Positions 23,938 to 36,779 of a stretch of 64,000 nucleotides of DNA are shown in pieces. The stretch lies in contig JAQFVV010000009.1 of assembly GCA_028023455.1 (NCBI GenBank), forward strand, positions 7,688,001 to 7,752,000, given 5' to 3'. This DNA is from Epiperipatus broadwayi (taxonomy: Eukaryota; Animalia; Onychophora). The notes beneath the pieces are model-generated. The model saw nothing but the letters and a program-made list of their open reading frames with translations, was not told where the DNA came from and did not search any database. Both the position numbers and the translations under genes were made by a program. Position 1 is the first letter of the stretch; each line of letters opens with the position of its first letter.

Positions 23938-25620
23938 ATTTCTTTGTAATTTCTTTGTAATATTAATCCCTCCACATTCTAAATATTTATCTAACATGTT
24001 TTCTAAATAAGCATTAAAAAACATAGGTGATGTGTAGTATACTTGTCTAACTCCTCTTTCTATACTCACTTCTTCAGTCTCATTATTCTCCAATCTTATT
24101 TTTTGCCCAGTATGTATATTCCAAATTAATCTTTTCTCATTGTAAAATAGTCCAAGTTAATCATCAATTTATTCCAGATTACTCCATTAAATGCTCTTCC
24201 CAAATCTACAAAATATACTATTTCCTTTATCTTTTTAAATATATCTTTCTGCAATTCCAGTAGCATCTTTTTTTCTTTCTCTGAAAAGGAAATTGATCTT
24301 CTCCATCTCCAATGTTCTATCTTTCCATAAATTCTTTGAGTTAAATTCTCAATAATATTTTTGAAATATGAGATGACAAACTTATTGTCCTATACTTTTC
24401 ACACATAATAACTTTCTTCTTTTTAGCAGTTGGAATAATTACAATACTCATAAAATCTTTAGGCCAAACCCTAATCCTATGAAATCTTCAGGCCAGACTC
24501 TACCAGTATGTATCAAATTATACAGTCTAACAATTTTCTTCATAGTAGTTTCTTCCATCTTTATCAAAAATTCTATAAGTATTGTAACAAATCTGACAAC
24601 TTTTCCATTTTTCATTTTGAATTGCTTTATTTACTTCTTTTGTCAGTATGGTATATCTTGTCATCTACTTCAAATTTTTTTTCATTTTCAAGATCATAAT
24701 TAATTGCATGATTTTCTTTTCTAAAGAGACATTGAAGATTTTCTTTCCATCTTTTCAATATATTATCTCTGTCAGTTAACGTCTTTCCATTCTTATCAAC
24801 TATTTTATTCTATAAATTCTATTTATAGGATATTATGGCAAAAATAAAGAAAAGTGTGATTTTGATAACTATTTTATTCATTAACTATTTCTTTTTCATC
24901 TGAAATGATATTTCTAATTCTATAAAATATCTGATATCTTTTTGCCTGTTAAAGAACTTCTATCTCTCCATATTCTTGTTTCAAACATTTTTCTATAGCT
25001 AAATCAGTTTCTCTCTTTGGTTCATTTTTAATTTTTCTGTATGCTGTTTGTCCTTCATTATTAGCATTCTTTCATCTTCTCTATAGTTCCATCTTTTTTA
25101 ACATAACTTGTTATCCAAAGTTATTCAGCTTTTCTTAATTGAATAGTTTCTATTGTAGTTTTTGCCATTTTAATATTCCTTCTTTAATCCTACACCAACA
25201 TTTATCAGAATCATTCACATATTTCTCATTTTTATCAATTCTCTTTATTATATTTTCACATGTAAAAGCAAATCTTTCTTTCTCCATTTCTATAACTTAC
25301 TGAATCCCATATTACATATTTTTTTGCTCTTTTCATTTTTTTTTTAAAGTCAACTTTAATTTAACCATATCATATTATGATTAAAATTTATATCAGCATT
25401 AGATAAAGTATGTGAATTTTTAATAGTATTTTTGTATATATTATGTATTGATATATAATCTATCTGATATTTTTTTATATTACCCAGAGCTTTCCATGTA
25501 TACAATCTTCTTAGATAATTATTTATATTGAGTGTTTGCATAACAAAATTCCATAAGTTCAACTCCTTTTGTTCACCCCCCCCCCCAATATCACAATTTC
25601 TAATATTTTCCTTCCTCACT

Positions 25621-25803
25621 TTTTACCACTACAGCATTCTAATCATCTGATAGTGGTATTCATGCATTTTTAATACTATTTCTTCCATGTTTTCATACTA
25701 TTCATCAATTTCTTTACCACTACAGCATTCTAATCATCTGACAGTGGTATTCATGCATTTTTAATACTATTTCTTCCATGTTTTCATACTATTCATCAAT
25801 TTC
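25621..25803. repeat. Tandem duplication of about 92 bp inside the RTE-like endonuclease region
   Basis: tttaccactacagcattctaatcatctga.agtggtattcatgcatttttaatactatttcttccatgttttcatactattcatcaatttc occurs twice. Confidence 0.9.
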
Positions 25804-27339
25804 TTAATCATCATAAATTAGTAGATGGCATATATGCTTGTAGGAATACCAAATCCATAGACTATTCTCATTATCGTAAGTTTATCATCAACTCAATTTA
25901 TTTTTGCAAGACTTGCAAATTTTGTTTCTGACAGAAATACCTACTCCATTTTCTATTTTATCAGCACTAGAATAAAACAGCATCCCTACTATTTACTTCT
26001 CCACATCTCTCCCACCTCCCTTCATTTAATCCCATAACATCAATATTATTTATTTCAATTTCCCTTTTTCAAATTTTCAATTTACAAATACTTCTCAATT
26101 CTTTACATTTCAAATATCAACTCTCAATGACTTTTACTTTATTTCAATACACTATCTTTATGAGGATTTCATAAATTTATGACCTGAGAAACCTATTGTC
26201 TACTATTGCTAGGCAAAACACTAAAGCCTTCTTTAACTAAGATCTTAACATTCGTTTGAATTTATTTTGTGTTCATACTGTGTAGTTTAGCATATTGTTA
26301 GATGTCAGTTAAAATGTGGGGATCATAGGATCATTCTGATGATGAGACTTTTGGCATTCAAACTTCTTAAGTATTCTCAAGCATTTTAATAAAGCCATTT
26401 CTAAAAATAATATTCATTTTAAAGTCAACAAGAGACATATAAAGTTCTGCTTTTGAGAATTACATGTTGGAAATGTGGCAGCTTTATTATTGAACAATCA
26501 ACCACAAATCTTTTATTAGGAAATCTTCTATAATATTTTGTAGATACAAATGAATTATTTTTTAAAAAAATTAGATATTTAATAAAATTTGATAAAACAA
26601 TAGATTTCTGTTCTAGTGCCATAGTCAGAGATTATTTGATGTTATTGCAATTAAATCCTCATTTATTTTTTGGCATTTTGCCGTTACCAGTTTAAGTATG
26701 GGATTTAAATGACATACCATCGAATAATCATGGGTTATTCCATTTCTTTTAGATGACATTAAAGTAGAGATGCTCTTATTTTATAATATATTATATAAGC
26801 TAAATAATTAAATGATTGATTGTTATTAAAATCTGTTAGAAAATAAGAGTTAATGATCCAGCAATAATCCTTGATTATCATCAGTGATAGTTTGCCATTA
26901 CCTGTCATTCTTTTAACGTCTCAGTTTTAGAATTACATAAACTTTAATGAATGCTTACATCAAGAGTTTTAATAAGTATCTGATTATTAAAAAAAAAAAA
27001 AAAAACACGTCATTTTTCTATTAAAAAACTCAATTTCAATGGATTTTAAATGAGGTTTCAAAAAAATTGCTCATCTTAGATATCATACATAAAAGCAATC
27101 CATTTTGCAATAAAGAAAGCATCTTGAGAATTAATTAAAATTTAGGTTAAAATAAAAATAAGCAAATAACGTGTAATTCATCGCATCACCGATTTTTTTT
27201 TAAAGGTTTCATTTCAATTTTTAAAATTATAGATACATAAATCATTTGCTAACAAATACTTTTTAAGGGAAATGAATAAAGATTTTACTATTTTAATTAT
27301 GCATTTAATAATTAATAAATAATCACTTTGTGCCTGTGT

Positions 27340-30161
27340 TTGTAATGAGTAATATATAAGATATATATTTCACAGAAATAAAGTTATGAGTGCAAAGTAA
27401 ACAAACAAATAAATGAAATACGATAAATAAATAAAATGGATATTGAGTTTATTTAACTAAGTACTTTCGAAAGAATACCTTCATTATAAAAAACTGTGTG
27501 CTACATGAATTGCGAAGTAAGACCGTTGCTATGAAGTGCAAAGTGTATGCAAATTACGTTTGCAATTTTTTGGATATTGCCTAACACGTATCTCTTTTGT
27601 TCATCGAATTACAGTCCAAGTTAATGAAATAGGTTTTTTTGATCTTTCACTTTAAGTCGTGGCACTCTCTGCATACGACTCGAGGGTTGTCCGAAATGCA
27701 GGGGTGGCCCATGGAGGTACTATGCTGCGCAAAGATGGAGGTGTGTGTGGGATCGGTTTGTGCTTTATTATAAGCATATGTGTGCTGTGAGAGCCTTATG
27801 TATAAAGTTGCCATTGTTTCTCCATAATATGACATGAGGCACTCATCGTGAAGACATGCTATATTATATACTGCTTGCTGTGTGTGTATTGGGGGTAGCT
27901 GATCTTTTGTATTGTTAAGTATTCTGTTAAAGTTTCGAAGAGTGCGATAGCATAAGCTGAAATTATTATAAAAAATTGTGTATAAATTTTTGTCTATGTT
28001 CCTAATATATGGAAGAAGAATTTGAAGTCAGCTCTGTGTGTTTTTGTTGATGTTTGAAGGTTGTGATTATGTTATCTATGTTTTTTTCTATAATATTTTG
28101 CCTTTAATAAGTCTGCTCGATACGTTTCAATGTTAGCATTTCTGTCAGCTTCGAAGCTGCACAGTTTGGCATTTCTGTAGAGAAATGCCTTTAACCTAGC
28201 CAGTTTATAAGTGCTGGAGGTGTTTGATTGATGATGGATGTGGTATATTATACAACCACAACATGATATATGGAAGCAGAAACTAATAACAGCAAAGAGA
28301 TTCATTGCATATAACAACATCACATGCATGCATGAGGATACAAGAAATAGATTCATTATCATGACTACTCCGGACTATAGAGCCAAGATTCAGTAACAAA
28401 TCAAGAAGTTAAGATTCATTAAAGTGTCTATTCTCAATTTTAAAATGATCAAAGACAAGTTCATATCATCTGTTCTCAGACCACATAGTGGCAAAGCATT
28501 CTCCAAGGCAGACTATCATAAAATGTACCCTTCAGCCACAACACTTCCCAGAATGTTCTCTAATGTCAAAATGCATAAAGAAGGCATGCCACTATGCTTA
28601 ATGATGGACTTTGGAGGGGTGCAGTTATTGCAATGTATCCAATGTGGTCAGTGCACGCAAACCATAGGCTTTGGCTCTCATGCAGTCAAATCATCTTTCA
28701 ATTTCATGGATAGAATTGAGAAAGTCACACCCACACATGACATGAGCATGGCAGTAATGGATATAATAGAACTCTATGGTTCCATCGATAGTTCCATCGA
28801 TAGACCCAAATCCATAACCATTGTAAAGGAAGAAATTAACAAGGCATGGCATACACCAGCAATGCATACAATTTGTAGTAGCATTCCTGCAATGGCTAGA
28901 CAAAACATTTATCCTATGTTTGACCAGCAATGGTATCTCATGGAAAATGGTTGACAGATGGAACTTCCTATGAGTGAATTATAGCCAGCATCATCCTCAA
29001 TGCATATGAGCAGATTATCATCCCCTGACATCTGTCCACAGACCTTGTATTGTACATTCACCACATTGATGATATGTCCATAGCTGCATCCCTTGAAACC
29101 ATAGAAGACAGACTTGAACACTGCCACAGCTCTGATTATAAACACAATACACCAAGATGCTTGTAACTCTGTCAAATACTTAGAATTGAAAGTGCATGTA
29201 CAGTGCTCTCGCTACAAAATGCTAATCAAGCCAATGCACATAAGATGCCATGTCCATCATCAATAAAACATTCCCAGCACTTACAAACTGGCTGGCTTAA
29301 AGGCATTTCTCTACAGAAATGTCAACCTGTGCAGCTTTGAAGCTAACAGAAATGCTAACATCGAAATGTATGCGAGTGGACTTATTACTGGCAAAATATA
29401 ACAGAAAAAAATGTAGATAACATAATCAGAACCTTCAAATACCAACTTAACCCAGCAAACACATGGAGCTGAACTTGAATTCTTTTTCTATATATAAAGA
29501 ACATACATAAGAATTTATACACAATTTTTCATGATAATTTCAGCTTATGCTATCACACTCCTCCCCACTTTAATAGAATACTTAACAATAATAAAGATCA
29601 TCTACCCCCAATACATACACAACAAGCAGTATATAATATAGCATGTTCTCATGATGAGTGCCTTGCATCATATTATGGGGAAATGAAGGCAACTTTACAC
29701 ACAAGACTCTCACAGCACACATATGTTTATAATAAAGTCCAAACAGAACTCATGCACATCTCCATCTTCATGCAGCATAGCATCTCCATGGGCTACCCTT
29801 GCATTCTGGACAACCCTTGAGTCATATGCAGAGAGTGGCATAACTTAAAGAGAAAGATCAAAGAAGCATATTTCATTAACTTGGACTGCAATTTGATGAA
29901 CAAAAGAGATATGTGTTACGCAATATCCAAAAAATGGCAAACGTAATTTGCATACACTTTGCATTTCATAGCAATGGTCTTACTTCACAATTCATGTAGC
30001 ACACAGCTTTTATAATGAAGATATTCCTTCGAAAGTACTTAGCCAAATAAACTCAATATCTATTTTATTTATTTATCATATTTCATTTATTTATTTGTTT
30101 ACTTTACACTCATAATTTTATTTGTGTGAAATATATATCGCATATATATTACTCATTACAA
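27340..30161 (+). mobile_element. Penelope-like element family B in inverted configuration: minus-strand 3' arm (27340-28240) + plus-strand RT/GIY-YIG/pLTR (about 28370-30161)
   Basis: PRMFSNVKMHKEGMPL (GLPKIHK-like) and VMDIIELY (FDVxSLF-like) in ORF 28424-28954; YYGETMATLYIRLSQH GIY-YIG (ORF 27647-27835, -). About 900 bp of the two arms align as inverted repeats. Confidence 0.9.
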
Positions 30162-30219
30162 TTTACTAAGTAAATTTATAAAATTAATACCCTTATAGAA
30201 AGATAGTGGCACAAGTATG

Positions 30220-30605
30220 TGGTTAAAATAGAAAACCGAAGGCTTTGATATGCTTGCTCCATTGCAATGTTGCAATGTATGAACACTGAAAAGAGGTCAA
30301 GAAATGGAAACTCTTAAACAGTTAAGGGAGCTAATGAGTGGGTTTTAGTAAAGCAGATACACAGAGGCAACTGTTAGAGATGGTAAAATGAAGAAAGTAT
30401 ACTATTTTGGACATGTAATGAGACCAGGTGAATATACTGGGGAAAAAATGACATGATTAGAATTGTGAATGATCAAGAAGATGAGGATAATTAAGTTGTC
30501 ATGGAGAAATAATGTCACAGGATGGATAGGTTAACAGTGAAAGCATGTAAAAAAATGAAGAGAAAATAGCTTACAAGTTGGTCATCCACAATCTTATCAT
30601 CATCA
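30220..30605 (+). mobile_element. 3' fragment of an RTE-like LINE
   Basis: YYFGHVMR and SWRNNVTGW motifs, followed by a catcatc tail. Confidence 0.6.
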
Positions 30606-31089
30606 AAGTGATATGTTTTATATACATTTTATGAGGTTTTTTGTCATTTACAATCACAAATACTTTATAGTTTATGAATTATTATATTGAATGTCATTTG
30701 AAAACACTTAGAATGAAACTGTGAGAATTATGTGATTGAGATATAAGAAGCAGGAATATAAGAGTTAAGCACTGACACAACTGGATGTAGAGAATCATTG
30801 AAAACCACAAAAATTTTATAAAATTGAGAAGAGCTTTATTCTATTGTTCTCTTCATCTGGAATTAATGTCAGGATAGAGTTGTGTTTTTATGCATGAACA
30901 GAATTTTCAGGTAAGCTCAGACTTTATAAAAAATAATCAGCTCATAACCAACCCAGATAATTATCCAATATTTAATCAGTAATACCAATAAAACATCGCA
31001 TGACCTCTGTTTACACATTATTTTTCTCTTATATGCGTTTTGTCACCTTTTGTAACCATAATATCTAATAAATAATAAATAATTGTGCT

Positions 31090-31230
31090 TAATACATTTC
31101 TATACAATGGTATCCTATTCATTTTCCCAGACTAGTTTTTAGTTTATAGCTTTCATCAGTGAGAAGTTTTGTATTTAGTATGGTGATATAGCTAGATCAA
31201 TACTGTTAGGGATTTATTAAATACTATCAT
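31090..31230 (-). mobile_element. Old copy of the family H1 hammerhead element (G12A core mutation)
   Basis: Minus strand ttctca CTGATGA a agc tataa act a AAAA cta GTC tgggaa; the flanks align loosely with 2280-2405. Confidence 0.65.
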
Positions 31231-31390
31231 ATGACATCTGTTGATAATTCAAGCTTCCACAAGATGGCAGAATTAGAAAAGAAGAAATAGAATTATTAAT
31301 GAATAAATAATATCTTGCTATTCTTAATTAGAGAATAAAATGTTTATGTGTACCTGCACTAAACATTCTAAGTGGCATACTTTCAGAGTT

Positions 31391-31465
31391 AAATAATAAT
31401 AATAATAATGATGATGATGATGATGATTTTAATGATGATGATTATGATGATGATGATGATGAAGA
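31391..31465. repeat. Compound (AAT)n(GAT)n microsatellite just upstream of the L1-like element
   Basis: Read directly. Confidence 0.9.
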
Positions 31466-31595
31466 GGAAATAATTTAGCAGAAAACTAATTTCACTTCTT
31501 GTAAATCTAACATAGTATATAAATTTGTATTCACTTAAAAATCCTTATCTAATAATGATATATTCAATATTTGTGATAAAGATACATCTCCCTCA

Positions 31596-34500
31596 TTGCA
31601 AAATATTTTTAATAATGATTCAGCCTCAGTGGCTAACTTAGACCAAGATAAAATCAATAGTATTATTTCTCAGTTTAATGAATCTATCCCTGATCAGCTT
31701 CTAAGATCTTTCATCAACTACACTAATGAAAAATTAATTGTTCTGGCAGTTACAAACAGAAACAAATTTCCTGTTGATCATTTTTGCCAAGAAATTACTG
31801 AAAAAAAATTATGGTCTCATATTTATCAATTGATAAATCACCCAAATAATAGGTATCTTATAATTCAATGTCATAATATTCTACAGAAAAGCATTTTACT
31901 AAATTCTCTTAAAATCATTAACAACAAAATAGTGGTTAATGTAAACATGAACAGGCCAGTAATCTTATCAGGCCATATAAAAAACTGTTATTTGAATTTC
32001 GGGCAACATGATCTCCAAAAAATTATTAAAACCTTATGGTTCAATTTCAGAGTTCAAATATATATTGGAAAAAAGGGCAAATACTGAAGTCATTACAAAC
32101 TCTGCTCTATTTAAATTATCACTGATTAAAGGTATGTCTCCTACTTCAATTCCTACAATTCATTGTGCAGAGTCAGCTACTCTTATAATTTCATTTAGGG
32201 GTATTCCCCCACAGTGTTTCCTATGCCATCTAAGAACACATCTCATAAAAGACTTCCCTGCTAGAATTTGCATTAAATGCAAGGGAAGAAACAGCAAATT
32301 CCATAACTGTGATAGGTCTTCAAATCAAAATATACTTTACATTACAATCACCTTCAGAATTATTCATACAGCCTCAAGCTCATGAAGTTCTGATGCCTAT
32401 ATTTCCTGTAAAGAACCATATTGTAGAAGAACAAAGTCATGAAGTTCTGATGCCTGTACTTTCTGATGCCTATATTTCCTCTAAAGAACCATATTGTAGA
32501 AGAACAAAGTCATGAAGTTACTTCCTGTAAAGAACCATATTGTAAAAGAACAATCTGACATGCAAATGATTATAGATAACAAGTCACACTTAATGGACTC
32601 TGATTCGGATGGAATTATGACAACAAATTATTCTTATACTCGTCAAAAATCCAAAAGAAAGGCAGGAAGAGGTAATAGGAATTTTATTGAAAAATCACAT
32701 TCAATGACTTCTGAGGATTTGTCAGACTCAAATAAAAGTTCTTCTGGAAATAAATTGTGCAAAACAAATGTCAAGAGCAAAAAACGTAAAGCTGACAATC
32801 TGAAATTAACATTAATTAAATCTCAGATGTCTGACATCACTTCTAAAAAGAATTCAAACATGGACAAGATTTCTACAAAAAAAGTCACTCCTCAAAAACT
32901 TATGGATATTGAACATAATATTAATATTACACATAACCTTGATAAAAAACATGATAAGATTGAAGAATCGTCACTCATACTCTAAATGTTTTTTTTTAAA
33001 TATACAAAATATCTAGACTCAAGCTAATTCTTTAAACTTTTTTTTCTTTATATATATTGAATGAAATTAAAAATATCTGGCTTAAATGTCTGTGGGCTTA
33101 ACTCTGATAAAAGAGTTGATGCTCTTGCTCACTGGACAAAGACGTTTTTGCCTCATTTAGTTTGTTTGGGAGAGACAAAATTACATATTAATTCAAATCA
33201 AAAGATAATTGACAAATTGCACAGATTAGGCTACTTTCATTATTCTACATTTAATAGCCCATCAGCTGGGGTTGCTCTTCTTATTCCTTTCCAATCTCTG
33301 ATACAAAATTTCAGAATTAGCTTTTTAAACTCTAATTTAATCTTTATAACCATTTGTATAAACTCTTTCAAATTCAATGTAGTTTTTCTCTACTTAAACA
33401 AAGATATTGGGCTCATTCATAATCAAATACATCTCATTAATTTAGGACTTATCTCAAATCCTTTTCCTACAATTCTTCTTGGAGACTTCAACTCAACTTA
33501 TGACTGTTTCAATTCAAAATTTTTACAACTTCTAAATTCTCATTTCATGTGTGCGCAGGGTTTTTTCCCACATGATGCATGTGCATTTTATACAAAGAAA
33601 TTTTCCTCTCTTATAGACCTATTATATTACTCTCCGGAACTGCACTTCTTCATCAATCCATCTTTACAACCATTATCTTTCTCTGATCATCATGCTATTA
33701 TGCTTGATTTGACATTAGACTTACCCAATCAAACCTATGTACACCTTAAATCTACAATAAGAATTTTGCTAAAATCTGCTACACCAGAGGCGATTATCTC
33801 TGAAGTTTATATTTTTTTCAAGAAAATGGACATCCTAGCTCTTCCACCAGCTGAATCTTGGTTTGCTTTTATAAATATTCTTAGTTCTTTGATTTCTCAT
33901 TACACCAGAAAGAATAAAGGGCCGATTGGGTTACTTAAGAAAGCAGATAGCTTAATTACAACATTGAAAGATATACCTCCAACACCAGCATCTGTACAGG
34001 TTATTATTGACCTGAAGCAACAATATGTAGAGACGCACCAAATCCTAATAGACTATCTGGCTACTAAAAAGGCGAGGCTTTACCTCTCTAAACCTCATAA
34101 CTTCTCAAGGGGATATATAAGGTGGGCTATGGGTTTTCAAAGTAAGTCTAAAATTCCATCAGCAATCACAGTGAATAATATAATTTTCTCGGGTAATGGC
34201 ATGATTTTACAAATTTTAAATCATTATAAATGCAAGCTAGTAGATGTTTCACAGAATTTGATGCTTGATACATCTATATATTCTTGTGAGACAATTCATG
34301 GTATATGTAATGATGATATTAGAGCTAAACTCTCATCCATGCCTGATAGAATACTCCCTGGAATCCATGGAATACCAAAATTCATGTTCAAACATCTTGA
34401 AGCCTTCACAGTACCAATAGTGAGTAGAATGATTGATCTACTTGCCTCAGGTCCTCTTACAATTGATCAACTCTATCCCATTCAGTGGTCCCATTTCTTA

Positions 34501-36430
34501 AGAGTGCTATTATCCCATTTCTTAAGAGTGCTATTATCCCATCGGCTCTGAGAACCTTAGACCAATCTCGATGACTCCTCAAAGATAAAATTCAAAATCT
34601 CATTCTGCCTTTTATCTCTAGTTTTCAATTTGCAAAGAAAGGTAGTTCCACAGCTGAGGCACTCTGCCTATTCAGGTTAATTACAGATTATACAAGAAAA
34701 AATAAAAAAGTCAAAGCCAATAGTTGTCCAACTTGATATTTCAGCTGCTTTTGACTCAGTCAGAATTCCTCAACTAATACATCTTCTAAGTGGTCTGAAC
34801 ATCCCCACAGGTATAATGGACATCATTACTAACTTTCTATTAAACAGACATATTGCAATTTCATTAAATGGAAAAATTTTAAACTCATTCACACCTACCA
34901 AGTCGATTCCACAGGGTTTTCCTCTTAGTCCCTTACTCTTCATTCTATATATAAATCCATTCCTCAAATCTTTATAGATGAATCTTCCTGGATTGTACAT
35001 TCCTGGTATCAATAAATCCATTCAGCACATATCCTACATGGATTATGTGGCAGTGTTCTTACCATCTAGAAAATTCATACCGAAACTAATTCAAATTATG
35101 GACAATTTCACATAGAGTCAGGTCTTGCATTTAACCTTAGAAAATCTTCTGTATGGAGACTTTCATCTGGAAAATCCATTCCATCCCTTTTAACAGCTAT
35201 GCCACAAAACTTTTTGGGCTTACCAATGAGTCTCTCTCATGCAGCAATAAGGAAATTAATACAAGACACTATCATGAATTCTGCAAGAAAAATAATTGAT
35301 TCACTTTCAAAAGTTTATACATCATTATTTGCAAAAGCAGCCCTACTCAACATGTTACTGTTCCCCAGAATTGCTTGCTACATGCAGTTCATTATATTCT
35401 CATCAAAATTTATCCAGAATAATAAACTCTCTTTGCTCTAGATTAATGTGGAAGGGTAAAACTGTTGCTATTAGCTTAAGAAGAGTGCAGAGACCAACAA
35501 GACTTAATGGCTTTTCACTGCATTCACTTCATGTTCTTTGTCTACAGAAATCAAATAACCTCATTACAAGACTTAATGGGATTTTTCCTGATGACTCACC
35601 TTTTCTATCTATTCATCCTACAGATACTCCACCTCCAATTAATGATGGTTGGCTGACACAAGTCTTCATTGACATTGCAAAAATTCTCACACCTTTAACT
35701 CAAATAAAACCAACGAAACTTCATTATTGGGATGCCTATCTTCTTTTTTTTTCAACAATTATCCCACATCATAACATTCTCACCTGTACAAACTTTGCCA
35801 TTATAAAGAAATATAAAAGATGTAATCTAGAGCCAAAATATTTGGACTTTCTTCTAAAGGAAATCTCAATGCCCTTCCAACAAGCCACTTTCTTGTGATG
35901 TATAGAGGTTTTTCATCTTTGGACCCTGTTTGCTCACTCTGCCATAGGGAGGATGATACCATATTTCACATTTTCAATGATTGTTCCTCTCTTCAGGGCT
36001 GTAAAATATTGATTAATAAAATTTATACACCAAAACATCCAATTATCAACACACTCATAGAAGGTATTGCTTATGGGGATTTTGCAATTATAAGAAGTGC
36101 AACTTTCATCACTTTCTGTCTATGGTTTGTCAGATGCTTCCTAATCTTCAAGTCTGTTATACCTGATCCAACATTAATTTTTTTACAAAAATTAAAGAAA
36201 TCAAAGAAAAAGATTTGAAGTTAGCTCCTCACCTAATAGTAAATTTTACATGGAATCTTATTAATATTGGACATTAAGTAATTTAATGGTTTATAAATGT
36301 ATTGCCAAATTTAATGTTATTTTATAATTTTTTCTTTATTGTAAACATAGTTGAATAAACCTGTTTTTGATAAATGTATGTTCAGTAGCCCTTTGAATCA
36401 ATAAAATATTAAATAAAAAAATGGAAAAAA
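31596..36430 (+). mobile_element. Near full-length L1/Tx1-clade LINE (ORF1 with zinc knuckles, ORF2 APE-RT-CCHC), inactivated by frameshifts; A-rich 3' end
   Basis: ORF1 pieces 31596-32985 with CFLCHLRTH and CIKC. ORF2 33061-34551 with NVCGLN, LGETK, GDFNS, IDLL, SDH; then NLRPIS, QLDISAAFD, IPQGFPLSP, YMDY and CSLCHREDDTIFHIFNDC (35895-36218). aataaa and an A-rich tail at about 36408-36430. Confidence 0.9.
33061..36218 (+). pseudogene. LINE ORF2 (AP endonuclease uninterrupted for 496 aa; RT frameshifted, catalytic YxDD mutated to YMDY)
   Basis: ORF track 33061-34551, 35199-35441, 35296-35898, 35895-36218; internal 24-bp duplication at about 34488-34540. Confidence 0.85.
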
Positions 36431-36779
36431 TATATTTTTTCTACATTTTTTTTTTCATTCATTATGTGGTGTGAAATCATCACAAACAAACTGCTGATGT
36501 AATTATTTTCAGTAAAGCTTCAATATCTGAATACATTATAAAATAAATTTTATATTAAAAATATATATTGCCAATGTGACATTAGATAATATTCAAAGAC
36601 AAGGTCAACTATCAGATCAAAACATTTTCTTATCACAAAAGGCCACAAGCGAAATAAGTAAAATTCTTACAGAAACAGTTGTAATAAACAATAGAATCAA
36701 CAATACCTTGTTCATCACACACAGGTATGGATATAAATGCACTGAATAACAAACACAAAACAGATCATTCACTATACAA

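Larger units (their letters stand above)
23100..26170 (-). mobile_element. Degraded RTE-like LINE (APE endonuclease + RT)
   Basis: LQAYMPS (~25830), YTWKALGNIKKYQIDYISI...NADINFNHNMI (ORF 25356-25619), GVRQ (~24050), RFIDD (~23725); many stops. Confidence 0.8.

Noticed and set aside
26330-26380. Hammerhead at ctgatgatgagacttttggcattcaaac
   Set aside because: No GAAA, no convincing stems, and no second copy in the window.
30008-30048. Minimal hammerhead in the Penelope B pLTR (ataatgaag...ttcGAAAgtactta)
   Set aside because: The palindromic AAGTACTT and GAAA fit, but both arms read ATAATGA instead of CTGATGA and stem I is not evident; at best a relic.
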